Assembly (NCBI GenBank): GCA_963745075.1
Contig: CAVUWV010000036.1
Location: forward strand, 224,001-288,000
Direction: 5' to 3'
DNA from: Candidatus Hydrogenedentota bacterium
GTDB taxonomy: Bacteria; Hydrogenedentota; Hydrogenedentia; Hydrogenedentales; SLHB01
DNA length: 64,000 bases
Below the pieces are notes generated by a model. That model saw only the letters and a program-made list of their open reading frames with translations. It was not told where the DNA came from and ran no database searches. Of this stretch, positions 61,370 to 64,000 are shown one piece after another. Position numbers and translations under genes: made by a program. Positions within the stretch are counted from its first letter, which is position 1; each line of letters starts with the position of its first letter.

Positions 61370-61717
61370 CTCACGAGGTTCCTGCGACCGACTTAGATTA
61401 CGGAACCGATTTCCAACTCGAATACGCTAATTGCGCACCGGATTCCTCCTCAACGCTCCGTGGTAGTTACATCCGTGAACGCGCTTTCAATTGCGGATAC
61501 AATCTGCGCCGCCGATAACGCTGGCATGTCAAGTTCTTATCCTGTCGCTGCCGTCGAAAACCGTCGAGGGAAGTAATCCCCCAGATATGGGGATCATCCA
61601 CGATGCCTCAGTATAATGGGAGTGTACAAGAACGGAACGAGCAAGGCAATTTGCTCAGGCTGGCTTTCACCTTCCCCGTCTTGTGCCCGCGTGGCACGGT
61701 CGGCTATGGTCTCGGGC

Positions 61718-63229
61718 ATGGGGTCGAAGGCGCTGACACTTTGCACGTGCTTCCAGGCGGGGGTCGTGATGTTCGGACTGGTCGCGTTCGTGGCGATGGT
61801 GTTGGTTGCGGAACCGGTTCTCGCCGGGGCGGACGGGGAGACGAAGGCCGGGCAGGCGATCGATGTCGGGGAGGGCAAGCAGCTGTTTGTCGACGATCTG
61901 TTCTTTGCGTCGTCGGAGCATGTTGCCTTGCACGTCCACCCGGCGGTCAAGACCGGCGAGTACAGCGTCGTGTCCGACCGGCCTTGGGAAGACGCGACGT
62001 TGAACTGGTTCAGCGTGATGGACGATGCGGGCACGTATCGCATGTGGTACGAGTGCTACGACGTGGAAGGGTGGCCGACCGCGGATGACACGTCCTTCTG
62101 TTATGCCGAATCGGCAGACGGTATCCATTGGAACAAGCCGCCCCTCGGGCTTTTCGATTACCATGGGTCGACGGACAACAACATTCTCTTTCGGCAGATC
62201 GGGGACGAGGGCGCGCGTTCGCGTGTCCATGGCGCGGGTGTTTTCAAAGACCTCGACGCACCGCCCGAAGCGCGGTACAAGGCGGTATCCCAGGGCCTGT
62301 TTACCGGCTTCGACCCGCCGTACCGGATCGCCGGCATGGAATCGCCGGATGGGCTGCATTGGACGCGTCTGCCGCAACCGATCTGCGACGTGTTTGCGGA
62401 CAGCCAATACTCGGCATTCCGGGACGAGGGGGCTGAGCAATACGTGCTGTTCGGCCGGGTGGCCGGTCATGGGCGCGCCATCGGCCGGACGGCAAGCCCG
62501 ACATTCGATCGGTTCGAGGCGCCGACGCTGGTTTTACAGACCGATGATAACGATCCACCCGACAGTGACCTCTACAATCCCGCCGCATGCGAGTACCCGT
62601 ACGCGGATGGAGTTTACCTGATGTTTCCGAGCCTGTACCGTCATTCGACGGATACGCTCGACGTGCATCTGGCCGTCAGCCGGGACGGCATCCACTGGTC
62701 CTGGCCTGAGCGGGGCAAGGCCTTCGTGGCGCTGGGCGGGGACGGGGCGTTTGACAGCGGGTCGCTGTACATGGGCCAGGGAATGATTCGCGGCGGGAAC
62801 GAACTCTGGTTGTATTACGGCGGTTCGCCGCTGAAACACAATGAGACCGACCTGGACGCCCTGGCCAAGGCGGAGAACCGGCGCGTCTATAGCCGAGTCG
62901 TCAGTCGCCTGGATGGATTCGTCTCCGTCGATGCCGGAGATGAAGAAGGGGGATTCGTCACGCCGCTGCTTGCGTTCCGAGGGACGACGTTACATGTGAA
63001 TGCGAAGACGGACGCGGCAGGGGAAATTCGCGTGGGCCTGCTCGATACTGCGGGTAGCCCCCTGGCTGGACACGCTCTCGACGATTGCATTCCGATACGA
63101 GGCGACCACATCGAGACTGCGGTCACGTGGCAGGGCGGAAGCAGTCGCTTCGACGTTGATGGAAAGCCTGTGAAGTTGACGGTCCGGATGAAGAACGCGA
63201 GCCTCTTCGCATTTCAATTCAAACCGTAG
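61718..63229 (+). CDS. Secreted five-bladed beta-propeller glycosidase-like protein
   Basis: QLFVDD, Asp-box repeats SADGIHW / SPDGLHW / SRDGIHW, RLDGFVS, LFAFQF. Confidence 0.72.
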   Translation: MGSKALTLCTCFQAGVVMFGLVAFVAMVLVAEPVLAGADGETKAGQAIDVGEGKQLFVDDLFFASSEHVALHVHPAVKTGEYSVVSDRPWEDATLNWFSVMDDAGTYRMWYECYDVEGWPTADDTSFCYAESADGIHWNKPPLGLFDYHGSTDNNILFRQIGDEGARSRVHGAGVFKDLDAPPEARYKAVSQGLFTGFDPPYRIAGMESPDGLHWTRLPQPICDVFADSQYSAFRDEGAEQYVLFGRVAGHGRAIGRTASPTFDRFEAPTLVLQTDDNDPPDSDLYNPAACEYPYADGVYLMFPSLYRHSTDTLDVHLAVSRDGIHWSWPERGKAFVALGGDGAFDSGSLYMGQGMIRGGNELWLYYGGSPLKHNETDLDALAKAENRRVYSRVVSRLDGFVSVDAGDEEGGFVTPLLAFRGTTLHVNAKTDAAGEIRVGLLDTAGSPLAGHALDDCIPIRGDHIETAVTWQGGSSRFDVDGKPVKLTVRMKNASLFAFQFKP

Positions 63230-63344
63230 ACCGGAATCCGGTTGATGTCGGCGTACGATACGTGTCGTGTTTGCCGTCGGCGCACGTGGGACTGACCTGC
63301 TCACGTCTTGTGCCCAACCAACGCGATGGGCTATGGTCTCCGGC

Positions 63345-64000
63345 ATGCTGTCGAAGGCGCTGACATTCTACACCCGCTTCTATGCGCTGTGGGTGGTGAT
63401 CTTTGGGCTGCTCGCGTTCGTGGCGCCGGCGCCGTTTCTTTTTCTCAAGGGGTACATGACCTGGTTCTTCGCGCTGACGATGTTCGGGATCGGGGTGGCG
63501 CTGGAACCGGCGGATTTCAAGCGGATCGCACAACAGCCGACGATCGTTCTGATTGGTTGTGTCGCGCAGTTCACGCTGATGCCGCTGGGGGCGTTTGTGT
63601 TGAGCACGGTCTTCAACCTGCCGGACGAGGTGGCGGTGGGTTTGATCCTGACGGGTTCGGCGCCGGGGGCCATGGCCAGCAACGTCATGAGCTATATCGC
63701 CAAGGCGGACACGGCCTATTCGGTGTCGCTGACGACGGTCTCGACGCTCCTCGCGCCGGTGTTGACGCCCGGCCTCACGCTGCTGCTGGCCGGAACGCGG
63801 CTCGATGTTTCGTTCTGGGCCATGTTCTCCGACGTATGCATCATGGTCGTGTTGCCCTTGCTGGCGGGCTTTGCCGTGCGTGCGCTATTCCATCGACGGT
63901 TGGAGCCCATACTGCCCGTGTTCCCGGCCATCTCGGCCACGTTCATCGTATTCATCTGTTCGGTGGTGATCGCGGCCAACCGCAACTATCTCCCGCAAGT
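63345..64000 (+). CDS. Bile acid:sodium symporter (BASS) family protein, 3' end outside window
   Basis: Manual translation: MLSKALTF...MFGIG...AQFTLMP...GSAPGAMASNVMSYIAKAD..YSVSLTTVSTLLAPVLTP. Confidence 0.9.
   Translation, partial: MLSKALTFYTRFYALWVVIFGLLAFVAPAPFLFLKGYMTWFFALTMFGIGVALEPADFKRIAQQPTIVLIGCVAQFTLMPLGAFVLSTVFNLPDEVAVGLILTGSAPGAMASNVMSYIAKADTAYSVSLTTVSTLLAPVLTPGLTLLLAGTRLDVSFWAMFSDVCIMVVLPLLAGFAVRALFHRRLEPILPVFPAISATFIVFICSVVIAANRNYLPQ

Noticed and set aside
55960..61700. Prophage or integrative element at tRNA-Met
   Set aside because: No integrase, no structural genes, and no duplicated tRNA 3' end seen by eye

Overview
GC-rich bacterial chromosomal window, mostly housekeeping and accessory genes: queE-queD-queF, two toxin-antitoxin-like pairs, PhoD-like phosphatase, GT2, arylsulfotransferase-like protein, HAD, PIG-L deacetylase, K+ channel, a YtrA/GntR-ABC operon with three divergent permease-like genes, penicillin acylase, rel, uvrB, a GH3 homologue lacking catalytic motifs, a propeller-GH9 fusion, TolC, mutY, acyl-CoA ligase, a T2SS/T4P pseudopilin cluster, DtxR-feoA-feoA-feoB, tRNA-Met(CAT) and a BASS symporter cut by the right edge. 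Highlights: (1) downstream of tRNA-Met, an HGGxSTG-like gene with in-frame repeat elements, a 203-bp tandem array, and a lower-GC nuclease cluster (unannotated 58-aa acidic ORF + PIN, orphan HEPN, PLD-HKD/Mrr_N-like fusion + 60-aa ORF), which is a candidate undescribed defence/TA locus; (2) many families of nested REP/REPIN-like palindromes that fill operon junctions, bracket genes and appear to be recruited into coding sequence (mutY start codon, GH9 N-terminus); (3) a ~120-bp duplication of promoter plus first TM helix that appears to have given a glycosidase-like gene its promoter and signal peptide. At least six genes carry small indels with a shared signature, most likely sequencing errors. 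All family assignments come from motif recognition by eye; no database searches were run.
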